Assembly: GCA_947175015.1 (NCBI GenBank)
Contig: CAMWLE010000001.1
Coordinates: 13,755 to 77,754, forward strand
Source: an uncultured bacterium
GTDB taxonomy: Bacteria; Bacillota; Clostridia; Lachnospirales; Lachnospiraceae
Direction of reading: 5' to 3'
DNA length: 64,000 bases
Part shown: positions 9,653 through 19,506 of the stretch, in pieces
How positions within the stretch are numbered: the first letter of the stretch is position 1
How the letters are laid out: every line of letters starts with the position of its first letter
The notes under the pieces: generated by a model
Seen by the model: only the letters and a program-made list of their open reading frames with translations
Databases searched by the model: none
What the model was told of the DNA's origin: nothing
Position numbers and translations under genes: made by a program

Positions 9653-12600
9653 CTATCCAACAGGATGTTCTAATTCCCAAGCTGACACCACATCGGATGC
9701 TCCCAGGAAATCAAACTCGTCTACTTTTTCTCGAATTTCTTTCGTAAATATGGATAGCAGTGTCCCATCATATTGACGATTTTCCATGATATCCAGAACC
9801 GCATCTATCCCTTCACTCTCAAAGCTGTCTAATTTCTCTTTCAAATGATCCAAACATTCCGCCAAAGCCTGCGATGTCATTTCCTCACCCGATAATACAC
9901 CCTCGCTGGCAATTCTTTCCTTGTCTGATGATACCCCCATGCCAGTACTTCTTTCCTCACCCGATACTGCATCCTGGCCGGAATCGCCCCAGGCATAGTC
10001 CTTGTCCACATCAAAACTGCCTCTTTCAACATTATCAGAATAATTACCATTTACAGAATTACCGGTTTCTTCGGCTGATTTTCCGGATTTCTTCCTTCCT
10101 TCTGGATACACAAATGCACTTGCGCCAAAAATATCCAAAAGCATCTCATGCTTTTCCAACAATTCCTTATGATGTTTCATAATGTAATCAACACGGTTTT
10201 CCTTGCCTGCCAACTCCAGATTTCTGGCCAGCTCAGACAATTCATCCGCCCCAATTCCCTTTGAATTACTTTTCAAAGCATGTACCATGATCACATAATT
10301 TTTCCAGTCATGCGCCTGAAAAAACTGCTGAAGTTTACAATTGCGTTTAGGACCTTCTTCACAATATACCTGAATGATCTGCCGAAGTCCTTCCTTATCT
10401 CCGCAATAGGCTATCCCCTGCTGAATATTAATTCCTGAACATTTCAACAGTTCCAATGCTTTTGTCTCATCTTCGGAGGATTGTGCCACAATAGCTTCCG
10501 TTGAACCGTCTCCCTCTGCGCCTGTTGATACTTTATTTTGCTCCAATTTCTTTATCTCTTCCACCGGTATTTGCTTCTTCAGTGGTATATACCGACGCAG
10601 TATTCGTTCGAGTACGCTAAGTTCAATTGGTTTCGCAATAAAATCATCAAATCCCTCTTCCAAAAACATTTCTCTGGCGCCGCCTATGGCATTGGCAGTA
10701 AATGCAATTACAGAAAGTGACTGAAAATAGAGACCGGGCTTCTTGCGGATTCTATGCAGCACCTCCACGCCATCCATCTCCGGCATCATATGGTCCAGAA
10801 ATACACAATCAAAGTCCATCGTATTCAGCTTATCCAACGCCTCCTGACCACTGCCCGCCATTACCGCTTTCATTTGATACGGCAGCAAAAGTCTTGCCAT
10901 AACTTTCAGATTCATGGCATTGTCATCTACCACAAGCACTTTTGCCTCAGGTGCAATAAATCCATGCCCCGATCCTCTATGCTGTTCCTCATTCTGATTC
11001 GCTTTCTGACCATTGAATACTGCCGCAATGGACAAGATTGTAAATGGTTTATAAATACGAAGCATACTGCTTCCCATCTGTGTCTCCTGTCCATAATCCA
11101 ATATCAGCACAACCGTTATCTCCCTGGCAAGATGTTCAAAAAAATTTTTATCTTCACAATATTCCAACCAACCAATAAAAACATGAGAGTAATTATCGTG
11201 TTCCATACGACGCTTTAATTCCGAAAGATTCTTACTGATACGAATCATGATCCCAAGCTGCTCCGCAATATGACGCAGACTATTTTCATACCCCTCCCGT
11301 ACAATAGAATAATTATATTTTTCCATATTGACATAGAATGCAGCATATAAATGTTGTTTATTCTTAATAGATACAATCGGTGTCTCGTCTAACACTTTCT
11401 GCGGAATGGTAAAACTGAAACAACTGCCGATTCCCGGTGTACTTTTCACCGTAATAAAACCTCCCATGCGGTAAACCAATGCCTGCGTAATGGCAAGCCC
11501 AAGTCCTATACCGCCTTCTTCCCTGTTTCTTCTGGAATTCACCTGACTAAATCCGGTAAAAATCTTTTCCATATCAGCAGGTTCCATACCAATTCCGGAG
11601 TCCCGAATGCTGACTACCAGATTCGTTCCATACTCTTCTTTCCTGCTTTTAATCCGTAGTATAATACCTCCCTCTTTCGTGAATTTAATAGCATTATCCA
11701 GAATATTCAACACAATTCGCCGAAACTTCTGCTCATCTCCCAGCAGGTTACTGGGCAAATCGGCATCGCAATCCACAATCAGTTCCAGTTTCCTGCCATT
11801 CTGCAAGGTCAGCGCCATATTGATGATATCCGTAATTGTGGAAGTGATATTATAACTCTCCTCCGCCAATTCCATTTTACCGCTTTCCAATTCCGAGAAA
11901 TCCAGAATATTGCTTACAGTGGCGAGAAGATTCCTTCCGGCAGTCTGGATATCAATGACATCTCTTCGCACTTCCATCGGAAGAGTCTCCTGCAGAATTG
12001 CATCACTCATGCCACACACCGCATTGATTGGCGTGCGGATTTCATGCGAAATATTCACCACAAAATCATCCTTACTCTGTTCTGCAAGCTCCAATTCGTG
12101 AATGTTCTCCATCAGACGCTTCCTGGTTTCCTGTTGGGTACGTATTACGATCCAGGTGATACCGGAAACGGTATAGATAGATAAAATCTGTAGAAAAGTT
12201 CCTATGATATTGCCAACGGAGTCAAGTGCAAGAGTTTTCACAATAAGACCATGATAAAGAAACACCCCTGTAGAGATAAACAAACCCAGATAGATAATCC
12301 AGGGAATACAGAAAATACCCAGAAGCACAATCATCCCCGCCATCGTCGACAGCATGGATAGAAAGTTATGTGTATGTAAAGCGTAAGTACATAAGTTAAT
12401 CCACGCCATAACGGAGATAAATTTTGCCCGAAAAGTGTGATCTCGATATCGTTTTACCCATACTGCCCAACCGATAACCACTGTAACAATCATCGTTTCT
12501 TTGATGAAAATATTCCATCCTCCTAGCTGTGCAACAACGAACATTGCTATCGTATAAATACTAAATATGATCAGCACAATGCGTTCCAATTTCAGTTGTG

Positions 12601-12658
12601 CTGTTTCATCTTTATATTGTTTCTCCAAACCAGCCCACCCTCTCTTCCTTATCCCCAA
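9653..12658 (-). CDS. Membrane hybrid histidine kinase with REC and Hpt domains
   Basis: NISHEIRTP, LDNAIKFT, GIGLGL, VVDDN..LDHMMP and Hpt motif VHALKSNSKGIGA. Confidence 0.9.
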   Translation of the reverse strand: MGIRKRGWAGLEKQYKDETAQLKLERIVLIIFSIYTIAMFVVAQLGGWNIFIKETMIVTVVIGWAVWVKRYRDHTFRAKFISVMAWINLCTYALHTHNFLSMLSTMAGMIVLLGIFCIPWIIYLGLFISTGVFLYHGLIVKTLALDSVGNIIGTFLQILSIYTVSGITWIVIRTQQETRKRLMENIHELELAEQSKDDFVVNISHEIRTPINAVCGMSDAILQETLPMEVRRDVIDIQTAGRNLLATVSNILDFSELESGKMELAEESYNITSTITDIINMALTLQNGRKLELIVDCDADLPSNLLGDEQKFRRIVLNILDNAIKFTKEGGIILRIKSRKEEYGTNLVVSIRDSGIGMEPADMEKIFTGFSQVNSRRNREEGGIGLGLAITQALVYRMGGFITVKSTPGIGSCFSFTIPQKVLDETPIVSIKNKQHLYAAFYVNMEKYNYSIVREGYENSLRHIAEQLGIMIRISKNLSELKRRMEHDNYSHVFIGWLEYCEDKNFFEHLAREITVVLILDYGQETQMGSSMLRIYKPFTILSIAAVFNGQKANQNEEQHRGSGHGFIAPEAKVLVVDDNAMNLKVMARLLLPYQMKAVMAGSGQEALDKLNTMDFDCVFLDHMMPEMDGVEVLHRIRKKPGLYFQSLSVIAFTANAIGGAREMFLEEGFDDFIAKPIELSVLERILRRYIPLKKQIPVEEIKKLEQNKVSTGAEGDGSTEAIVAQSSEDETKALELLKCSGINIQQGIAYCGDKEGLRQIIQVYCEEGPKRNCKLQQFFQAHDWKNYVIMVHALKSNSKGIGADELSELARNLELAGKENRVDYIMKHHKELLEKHEMLLDIFGASAFVYPEGRKKSGKSAEETGNSVNGNYSDNVERGSFDVDKDYAWGDSGQDAVSGEERSTGMGVSSDKERIASEGVLSGEEMTSQALAECLDHLKEKLDSFESEGIDAVLDIMENRQYDGTLLSIFTKEIREKVDEFDFLGASDVVSAWELEHPVG

Positions 12659-12793
12659 TCTATGCTATCTCACTGCCCCTATCGGCCCTTTCTGTTTGGC
12701 TTTATCTCAATCTGCCCATATTTAGGCCCAATTCTGCTACTCATTATCTTATTCTGGCCACATTCAGCCCCATCCACCTCATCGTACAAAAGC

Positions 12794-13861
12794 TCACTGA
12801 ATATGCAGCACTTCCTTCAGCATCGGAACCATCTCCATGAACACATCCATAATCACAGGATCAAACTGTGTTCCTCTGCCTTCCATCATAATCTGCATAA
12901 TCCGCTCAATAGGACGTATTGGTGGTTTGTATACTCGCTCTTCATACAGGGCATCAAAGACATCTGCCACAGACATGATTCTGGCTGCCAGTGGAATGCG
13001 ATCTCCTGCCAGACCGGTTGGATAACCTGTTCCGTCCCAGCGTTCATGATGATACATGGCAATATCCTCTACTGTCTGCACATAGCTTTCATCTTCCACA
13101 TCACCAATGATCATCTTAATAATTTTACGGCTGTATGTAGTATGCATTTTCATTAATTCATATTCTTCCGGCGTCAGTTTCCCAGGTTTCTGCAGAACCG
13201 AATCCGGCACCTTAATCTTCCCTACATCATGAAGAGGCGCTGCTTTGCAGATATCCTGCATATATTCTTCTGTCAACTGCTCTGGAAAAAGATTTCTGTT
13301 ATGCAGCTCATCCACAATCATTTTCACATACATCTGTGTATTCTTCACATGCTTTCCGGTGCTCCCATCCCTGCTCTCAATTAAATTCGCCATACCAACA
13401 ATAACAGAATCCTGAATCATACTGATCCGCCTGGCATCTTCGGTAATCTTTTCCGCCTGTTCTTTGACCATTTTTTCCAGATTATGCCGGTATTGTTCCA
13501 ACTCCAATGTCTTGCCCACACGACTTAACAAAATATCCGGTACAAAAGGTTTCGTCACAAAGTCCACAGCCCCCATCCGGAAACATTTCACTTCCGTCTC
13601 CACCAGGTTGTCCGCAGTCAGAAAAATAACAGGAATTTTCGCTGTCTCTTCCTTCAGACGAAGCTGTTCCATAACTTCAAATCCATCCATATCAGGCATA
13701 TTGATATCCAATAAAATCAAGTCAGGATTGTTGGTCTCAAGATATTTCAAAGCAGCCCTGCCGGAACTGGTCGCTGCAATCCGATAATGCGGCAGAAGTA
13801 TTTTCTGAGCCAATGTCAAATTTGTCTTGTCATCATCCACAACCAGAATAATATTTTTCAT
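12794..13861 (-). CDS. Response regulator with HD-GYP phosphodiesterase domain (RpfG-like)
   Basis: N-terminal REC (VVDDD, LLDINMP); LHDVGK, HHERWDGTGYP, ADVFDAL, R-x-YK. Confidence 0.92.
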   Translation of the reverse strand: MKNIILVVDDDKTNLTLAQKILLPHYRIAATSSGRAALKYLETNNPDLILLDINMPDMDGFEVMEQLRLKEETAKIPVIFLTADNLVETEVKCFRMGAVDFVTKPFVPDILLSRVGKTLELEQYRHNLEKMVKEQAEKITEDARRISMIQDSVIVGMANLIESRDGSTGKHVKNTQMYVKMIVDELHNRNLFPEQLTEEYMQDICKAAPLHDVGKIKVPDSVLQKPGKLTPEEYELMKMHTTYSRKIIKMIIGDVEDESYVQTVEDIAMYHHERWDGTGYPTGLAGDRIPLAARIMSVADVFDALYEERVYKPPIRPIERIMQIMMEGRGTQFDPVIMDVFMEMVPMLKEVLHIQ

Positions 13862-14253
13862 CCGCCTGCCCCTTTCCTGAACACCTGGTTTCCCTTTTCT
13901 ATTTTAACTCTTTCATTGCAATATTTCCATCATTTTTTTGCAGTTTATAAATTACAATTTAGCCATGCCATTCATAAGTTGCCGGAATAAATATTTTCAC
14001 CACCAACAGGGCAATATTGCCCACAACTTATTTCAACCCTATGAAATGATTGTACAAAATCATACAATTTGTCTTTCGTGAGCTGTTATTATTTTGTTTC
14101 TATACTTAAGGATTATGTTATACCATGATACGGCAGTGTATAGATAAAAGAAAAAATTATACAATAAAGATCAGAAGACGGACAGCAACAAGCGTTCAGA
14201 ATGCCTGTTCACTCCCACATGTTTATGGTTAACCATGAAATGTATCATTTATG

Positions 14254-14583
14254 CTATGACGCCTTTCTATCCCAAAGCATCCAATATGCGTACATGCGCT
14301 TCCAGACAGGAATATCATCCTCAGGAATCCTCCGCCTTATTATTTCATCCTGTGAAACCAACAGTTCCTCCATGTGGACATGCAGTACCCTTGCCATAAC
14401 ATACAAATGATCCACTGTCGGCAGCACCTGTCCTTTCATCCAGCGATATATCGGCTGTGGGCATGACAAATGCAGTAAATGCTGAATGTCCTTTACCGAA
14501 TATCCTCGTTGCTGCATCAGCTTCTTTATTCTCTTCCCTGTCTCATACAGATCAATACTTGAATACGAATTTCCGGATGACAT
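14254..14583 (-). CDS. XRE-family helix-turn-helix regulator
   Basis: TGKRIKKLM..GYSVKDIQ..QPIYRWMKGQVLPTVDHL pattern. Confidence 0.8.
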   Translation of the reverse strand: MSSGNSYSSIDLYETGKRIKKLMQQRGYSVKDIQHLLHLSCPQPIYRWMKGQVLPTVDHLYVMARVLHVHMEELLVSQDEIIRRRIPEDDIPVWKRMYAYWMLWDRKAS

Positions 14584-14928
14584 AACATATCGCCTTTCTT
14601 CCTGTTACTAATCATATCATGTGCAAAAGCCGCACATAATCCAGGACTGCTTGTTTGTTCCATGCCTTGCATATAACCTTATTTATAGTAAGTATAATCA
14701 TAAACTCATTAGCTGTCATTGGACAGTTAGTCCAAGCAGGCATCTCGACAGTAATTCCCCAATATGAATTTGATAAAATGACAGAGACGGCTTTTTTGTT
14801 TTTCAGAATACCCACTGCAACATGCCACAAGTCCCTGTTTTGTGTTGTAACAACATAGACGGTCTTATCAGGTAAGACAGTATAATCCCGATATGGGGCA
14901 GATAGTATATACTTCCGGTTGCAAAAGT

Positions 14929-14961
14929 AAAAAACAGCCGCTCCTATATCAGAAACGGCTG
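14929..14961 (-). terminator. fba intrinsic terminator
   Basis: Minus strand CAGCCGTTTCTGATATAGGAGCGGCTG followed by TTTTTT, 25 nt after the fba stop. Confidence 0.75.
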
Positions 14962-14985
14962 CTCTGCCATCCATCGGATATCTGT

Positions 14986-15849
14986 TTAAGCCTTGCCTAC
15001 AGAACCGAACAATTCCATTTTTTCTTTTACGGTCGCCTTAATTGCTTCCGCACCGGGTGCCAGAAGTTTACGAGGATCAAAGCCCTTGCCTTCCTTATCT
15101 TTGCCTGCCTCAATGTACTTGCGGGTAGCTTCGGCAAACGCCAATTGACATTCCGTGTTCACATTAATCTTTGCCACGCCCAAGGTAATTGCTTTCTTGA
15201 TCATATCTGCCGGAATACCTGTGCCGCCGTGAAGCACCAGAGGAAGTTCCCCAGTGAGTTGCTGAACAGCATCCAATGTCTCAAAACTCAAGCCCTTCCA
15301 GTTTGCAGGATACTTTCCATGGATATTGCCGATACCCGCTGCCAGGAAATCCACACCCAAGTCAGCAATTGCCTTACATTCCTTGGGATCCGCGCACTCG
15401 CCCATACCAATAACACCATCCTCTTCACCGCCAATGGAACCAACCTCGGCCTCGATAGAAATTCCCTTGCCATGTGCAGATGCCACAAGCTCCGTGGTCT
15501 TAGCTATATTCTCTTCAATCGGATAATGAGAACCGTCAAACATAATGGATGAAAAACCTGCCTCAATGCACTTATAGCATCCTTCATAAGTACCATGATC
15601 CAAATGAAGTGCTACCGGAACATCAATATCCAGGTCTTTCAGCAACCCGTTGACCATACCTACAACTGCATGGTAACCACCCATGTACTTTCCTGCACCT
15701 TCCGACACCCCCAGGATAACAGGGGACTTGCATTCCTTTGCAGTCAGCAGGATCGATTTCGTCCACTCCAGATTGTTAATGTTGAACTGCCCTACTGCAT
15801 AATGACCTGCTTTCGCCTTTTTCAACATTTCCGTTGCAGAAACTAACAT
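14986..15849 (-). CDS. fba: Class II fructose-1,6-bisphosphate aldolase
   Basis: YAVGQFNINN, ALHLDHG, MFDGSH, GIGNIHG, LVLHGGTG, KINVNTE. Start ATG 15849 follows GGAGG. Confidence 0.96.
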   Translation of the reverse strand: MLVSATEMLKKAKAGHYAVGQFNINNLEWTKSILLTAKECKSPVILGVSEGAGKYMGGYHAVVGMVNGLLKDLDIDVPVALHLDHGTYEGCYKCIEAGFSSIMFDGSHYPIEENIAKTTELVASAHGKGISIEAEVGSIGGEEDGVIGMGECADPKECKAIADLGVDFLAAGIGNIHGKYPANWKGLSFETLDAVQQLTGELPLVLHGGTGIPADMIKKAITLGVAKINVNTECQLAFAEATRKYIEAGKDKEGKGFDPRKLLAPGAEAIKATVKEKMELFGSVGKA

Positions 15850-16068
15850 AACATATACCTCCATTTATTAAAATTACCAGTCTTTGTTCTGACACCAATA
15901 CATGTTTGCAGAAGCACAAAAACTGATTTTCTTCCTTTCACATCATACCACATTTCCCTAAAAAATGGAATAGCTATTATAAATTATAATGCACAGTTCC
16001 GACGGGACACTGAACTGTGACTAACACAAGCATGAAAACAGCCCGTAATGATAATATATCATTGACAG

Positions 16069-18165
16069 TTATTTGGAATCATAATGGAGACACCTGACCG
16101 CATTCAGCACCGCCAGCACCATAACACCCACATCAGCAAATATTGCCACCCACATATTTGCCATACCAACAGCACCCAGAATCAGGCATGCCGCCTTAAT
16201 TCCCAATGCAAACACAATATTTTCATACACAATGCGCATACACTTTCGGGAAATTCCCATGGCAAGCGCCAGTTTCATAGGATTATCATCCATAAGCACA
16301 ACATCCGCCGCCTCAATAGCTGCATCGGACCCCAGCGCTCCCATAGCCACTCCGATATCCGCTCTGGATAATACCGGTGCATCGTTAATGCCGTCACCCA
16401 CAAATGCCAGTTTATCTTTCGGCAGTTTCTCTGTCAGCAGTTGTTCTACCGCTTCCACCTTATCTGCCGGCAAAAGCTCACTTTTTACTTCATCCAGTCC
16501 CAACTGTTTTGCCACTTGCTGCGCCACTGCCGCACTGTCCCCCGTCAGCATGATCGTCTTTCTCACACCAGTCATCTTCAATGCGGCAATCGCTGCTGCT
16601 GATTGCTCTTTAACCACATCGGATATCAAAATATATCCGGCATACATTCCATTTACCGCCACATGGACAATCGTCCCTGCACCGACATCCTGTTCATAAG
16701 AAAGTCCAAGCTTCGACATCAGTTTCGCATTGCCTGCCGCCACTTTTACCCCATCCACATTGGCGGTCACACCATGTCCGCCTATTTCTTCCACATCTGT
16801 CACCAATGCCTGACTGATTTCAGCGCCATAAGCTTCTCTCAGACTCTTGCTGATGGGGTGTGAAGAATAGCTTTCCGCATGAGCCGCAAGCGCCAACAGC
16901 TCTCCGCCAGCCTCCCCATAGCGCTCCATCGCTACTTTTCCGACCTCTTCCCTTCCAGCGGATACTTCATCCCCACCAGTCTGAATTTCCTTCGCCGCAG
17001 TCCCTTCCATACCAGACCATATTTTCATCATCGGCAGCCCTTCCGTACCAGATATCACCCCTTCTGCCGGAATGTTTCCTTTCTTAGATGCAAGTACTGC
17101 CGCCTGAAACATTTCCGAAGGATACACTCCTGCCACCTGGAACACACCCTTTGTCAGCGTTCCGGTTTTGTCGAATACTACATACTTCGTCTGGGCCAAC
17201 ACTTCCAGATAATTAGAGCCTTTCACCAAGATACCTTTCGCCGATGCTCCTCCAATTCCGCCAAAGAAGCTCAATGGTATGGAAATCACCAAAGCACAGG
17301 GACAACTGATTACCAAAAAGGTCAGGGCCCGAATCATCCACACGTTCCAATTGGCCGGATTTCCCATACACAAGTTAACCAATGTAGGTACTACTGCCAG
17401 TGCCAACGCACTGATACACACGGCAGGGGTATAATATCTTGCAAATTTAGTAATAAAGTTCTCAGTACGCGCCTTCTTCATGCTGGAATTTTCCACCAAA
17501 TCCAGAATCTTAGACACTGTGGATTCCCCGAACTCCCTGATGGTACGAATCTTCAGCAGACCGGAGAGATTGACGCAGCCGCTGATCACCTCATCTCCCA
17601 TGCCCGCTTCCCTTGGTACACTTTCTCCCGTCAGGGCACTGGTATTTAAAGTAGAGTTTCCTTCCACAACAATACCGTCAATGGGAATCTTTTCGCCGGG
17701 ACGCACCACAATAATCGTCCCCACCTCCACATCATCTGGGTCTACCTGTTCCAGATTGCCGCTTTCATCTTCAATATTGGCATAATCGGGACGAATATCC
17801 ATAAGTGCGCTGATATTCCGGCGGCTCTTGCCCACCGCCACTGCCTGAAACAGCTCGCCTATCTGATAAAACAGCATAACCGCCACGCCCTCGGCAAATT
17901 CTCCCTCCACGCCATGAGCTTCATTATACACCCCCAATAACATAGCACCTACGGTAGCCACTGCCATCAGGAAATTCTCATCAAAAATCTCTCCGTGGAC
18001 TATGCCCAGAATGGCTTTGCGAAGTATATCATAACCTATGATAATATAAGGAATCAAATACAGTGCAAATCTCAGATATCCTTCCACAGGCACAAAATAA
18101 AGCGCTACCATAAGCACAGCCGCAAGAATAATCCGATACAACACATATTTCTGTTTCTTTGTCAT
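16069..18165 (-). CDS. cadA: Heavy-metal (Cd/Zn/Co) translocating P1B-type ATPase
   Basis: LTGES, SCPCALVIS, FDKTGTLT, SSHPI, VGDGINDAP. Confidence 0.92.
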   Translation of the reverse strand: MTKKQKYVLYRIILAAVLMVALYFVPVEGYLRFALYLIPYIIIGYDILRKAILGIVHGEIFDENFLMAVATVGAMLLGVYNEAHGVEGEFAEGVAVMLFYQIGELFQAVAVGKSRRNISALMDIRPDYANIEDESGNLEQVDPDDVEVGTIIVVRPGEKIPIDGIVVEGNSTLNTSALTGESVPREAGMGDEVISGCVNLSGLLKIRTIREFGESTVSKILDLVENSSMKKARTENFITKFARYYTPAVCISALALAVVPTLVNLCMGNPANWNVWMIRALTFLVISCPCALVISIPLSFFGGIGGASAKGILVKGSNYLEVLAQTKYVVFDKTGTLTKGVFQVAGVYPSEMFQAAVLASKKGNIPAEGVISGTEGLPMMKIWSGMEGTAAKEIQTGGDEVSAGREEVGKVAMERYGEAGGELLALAAHAESYSSHPISKSLREAYGAEISQALVTDVEEIGGHGVTANVDGVKVAAGNAKLMSKLGLSYEQDVGAGTIVHVAVNGMYAGYILISDVVKEQSAAAIAALKMTGVRKTIMLTGDSAAVAQQVAKQLGLDEVKSELLPADKVEAVEQLLTEKLPKDKLAFVGDGINDAPVLSRADIGVAMGALGSDAAIEAADVVLMDDNPMKLALAMGISRKCMRIVYENIVFALGIKAACLILGAVGMANMWVAIFADVGVMVLAVLNAVRCLHYDSK

Positions 18166-18240
18166 CTCTCTATCACCTGCTTCCATAATCTGCCACAATT
18201 CAAAATATAATGATTCAGACAAATATCCGAACAATTACTA

Positions 18241-18386
18241 TACACTTCCCATTATGCCGCCAAGAGGGGGCATAACCCACCTCTTTGTGCGGCACAAACA
18301 ATACATGAACTGGTGCAAGTCGGGAAGAACGCTGCACTTGCGTTCTTCCCGAAATGACTTAGAAAATCTTCATTTCGTTCACACTT
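18241..18386. repeat. Dispersed palindromic intergenic repeat, copy 2
   Basis: ACACTT at both ends; GCGGCACAAACAAT core; perfect 13-bp stem TCGGGAAGAACGC/GCGTTCTTCCCGA. Confidence 0.75.
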
Positions 18387-18606
18387 AATCCAGAAAAATC
18401 TCACAATCATCTTCCACCTTCTTGCATGCCTTCCGCACTGCCTGCATGACGTTCATGTGATCTGCGCCTTCCGCAAATTCAACTTTCATCTTCTGTGTCA
18501 TAAAACTGACCGTCGCTTCCAGAACGCCTTCCACTTTCTTAGCCGCTTCCTCCATCTTAAGAGCACAGTTTGCACAATCCACTTCAATTTTGTAAGTTTT
18601 CTTCAT
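18385..18606 (-). CDS. Small heavy-metal-associated (HMA) domain protein
   Basis: VDCANCALKME CxxC motif; ATG 18606 follows AGGAGG; upstream of cadA. Confidence 0.88.
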   Translation of the reverse strand: MKKTYKIEVDCANCALKMEEAAKKVEGVLEATVSFMTQKMKVEFAEGADHMNVMQAVRKACKKVEDDCEIFLD

Positions 18607-18748
18607 GACAATCCTCCTACGATTCCAGTTTTGCATCCGCCCTGCCGACACCATAATTCAGCAGGATGATTCCTGACTGATTACACTTGTAAAATCTCCG
18701 ATGTGCCAATAGGGTAAGTGCAGTTTCCTGTTCTGCTTTTCATTTTAT

Positions 18749-18801
18749 CATTTGAACCATTGTTCATATGTTTATATTACCATATTATTTATAAATGTCA
18801 A
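18749..18801 (-). promoter_or_regulatory. Promoter with ArsR/SmtB/CadC-type operator for the HMA-cadA operon
   Basis: Minus strand TTGACA-16-TAATAT followed by the inverted repeat CATATGAAC-AATG-GTTCAAATG (18749-18770). Confidence 0.7.
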
Positions 18802-19079
18802 TAGTTAATTAAAAAATACCACCGGATATGACCCTGGAATACCAAAGTTGAGACAGATAGATCTTTGTCGAAATTCGTCGATATAATCCCATTGACAACT
18901 TCAAAAGATAATACTACCATAATTTACATAAATGAGCTCATTTTACGATTACTTTTGACCGCGGCGGAACAGTTGGAGCCACAGTACTATTACTTGCAGT
19001 GGCAACATCTTTCCCCAGCATAATGTATGGTATAAGGCGTTATGCTTCATCATAATGCCTTACAGAAAAGGAGCGAAAA

Positions 19080-19424
19080 ATGAAAATACAACTAACGAAA
19101 CTCTTCTTAGCATCTGCGTTGTCCCTTGCGGTGGCAGCATCCTGTCTAGGAAGTTCAACGACTGCACAGGCCGCCGGAAATGAGGGAGCTTCACCTTTGT
19201 GGACCTGTGATCATTACTGGTATTATTACGGCCACTCATCCACTTATTATGAATCATTCTCCAGTGAATATCATGAAGTATACGAAATGGGAACATATAA
19301 ATGCAGCATATGTGGTAATTTCAGTGTCAGACGTGAAGGCCAATCAAGCTATGAAAAGCATGACCTTCATGCATCTGACTCACCTCATAGGTTCAAATGT
19401 ATTTTATGCGAATATGAAGAATAA
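19080..19424 (+). CDS. Small secreted Cys/His-rich protein, function unknown
   Basis: AAGGAG RBS; signal peptide ending AQA; CDH, CSIC, H..H and CILC motifs. Confidence 0.7.
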   Translation: MKIQLTKLFLASALSLAVAASCLGSSTTAQAAGNEGASPLWTCDHYWYYYGHSSTYYESFSSEYHEVYEMGTYKCSICGNFSVRREGQSSYEKHDLHASDSPHRFKCILCEYEE

Positions 19425-19444
19425 TCAAAAAAGGTTATAACCAA

Positions 19445-19486
19445 GTCAAGACCTGCCTGTCGAAGAAGCAACAGGTAGGTCTTGAC
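19445..19486 (+). other. Intercistronic 16-bp stem-loop without U-tract
   Basis: GTCAAGACCTGCCTGT / ACAGGTAGGTCTTGAC (one G-U pair). Confidence 0.7.
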
Positions 19487-19506
19487 CGGGATAAAAAAGG
19501 AATCCT

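Noticed and set aside
14612-14974. 120-aa ORF downstream of fba
   Set aside because: It starts just before and runs through the fba terminator, with no clear RBS or motif. A shorter gene or remnant is possible but unsupported.
15990-16025. CACAGTTC/GAACTGTG hairpin, plus GAACAGTAAC at about 2975 and GTTACTGT at about 42009, as a second repeat family
   Set aside because: The matches are too short and degenerate to support from this window alone.
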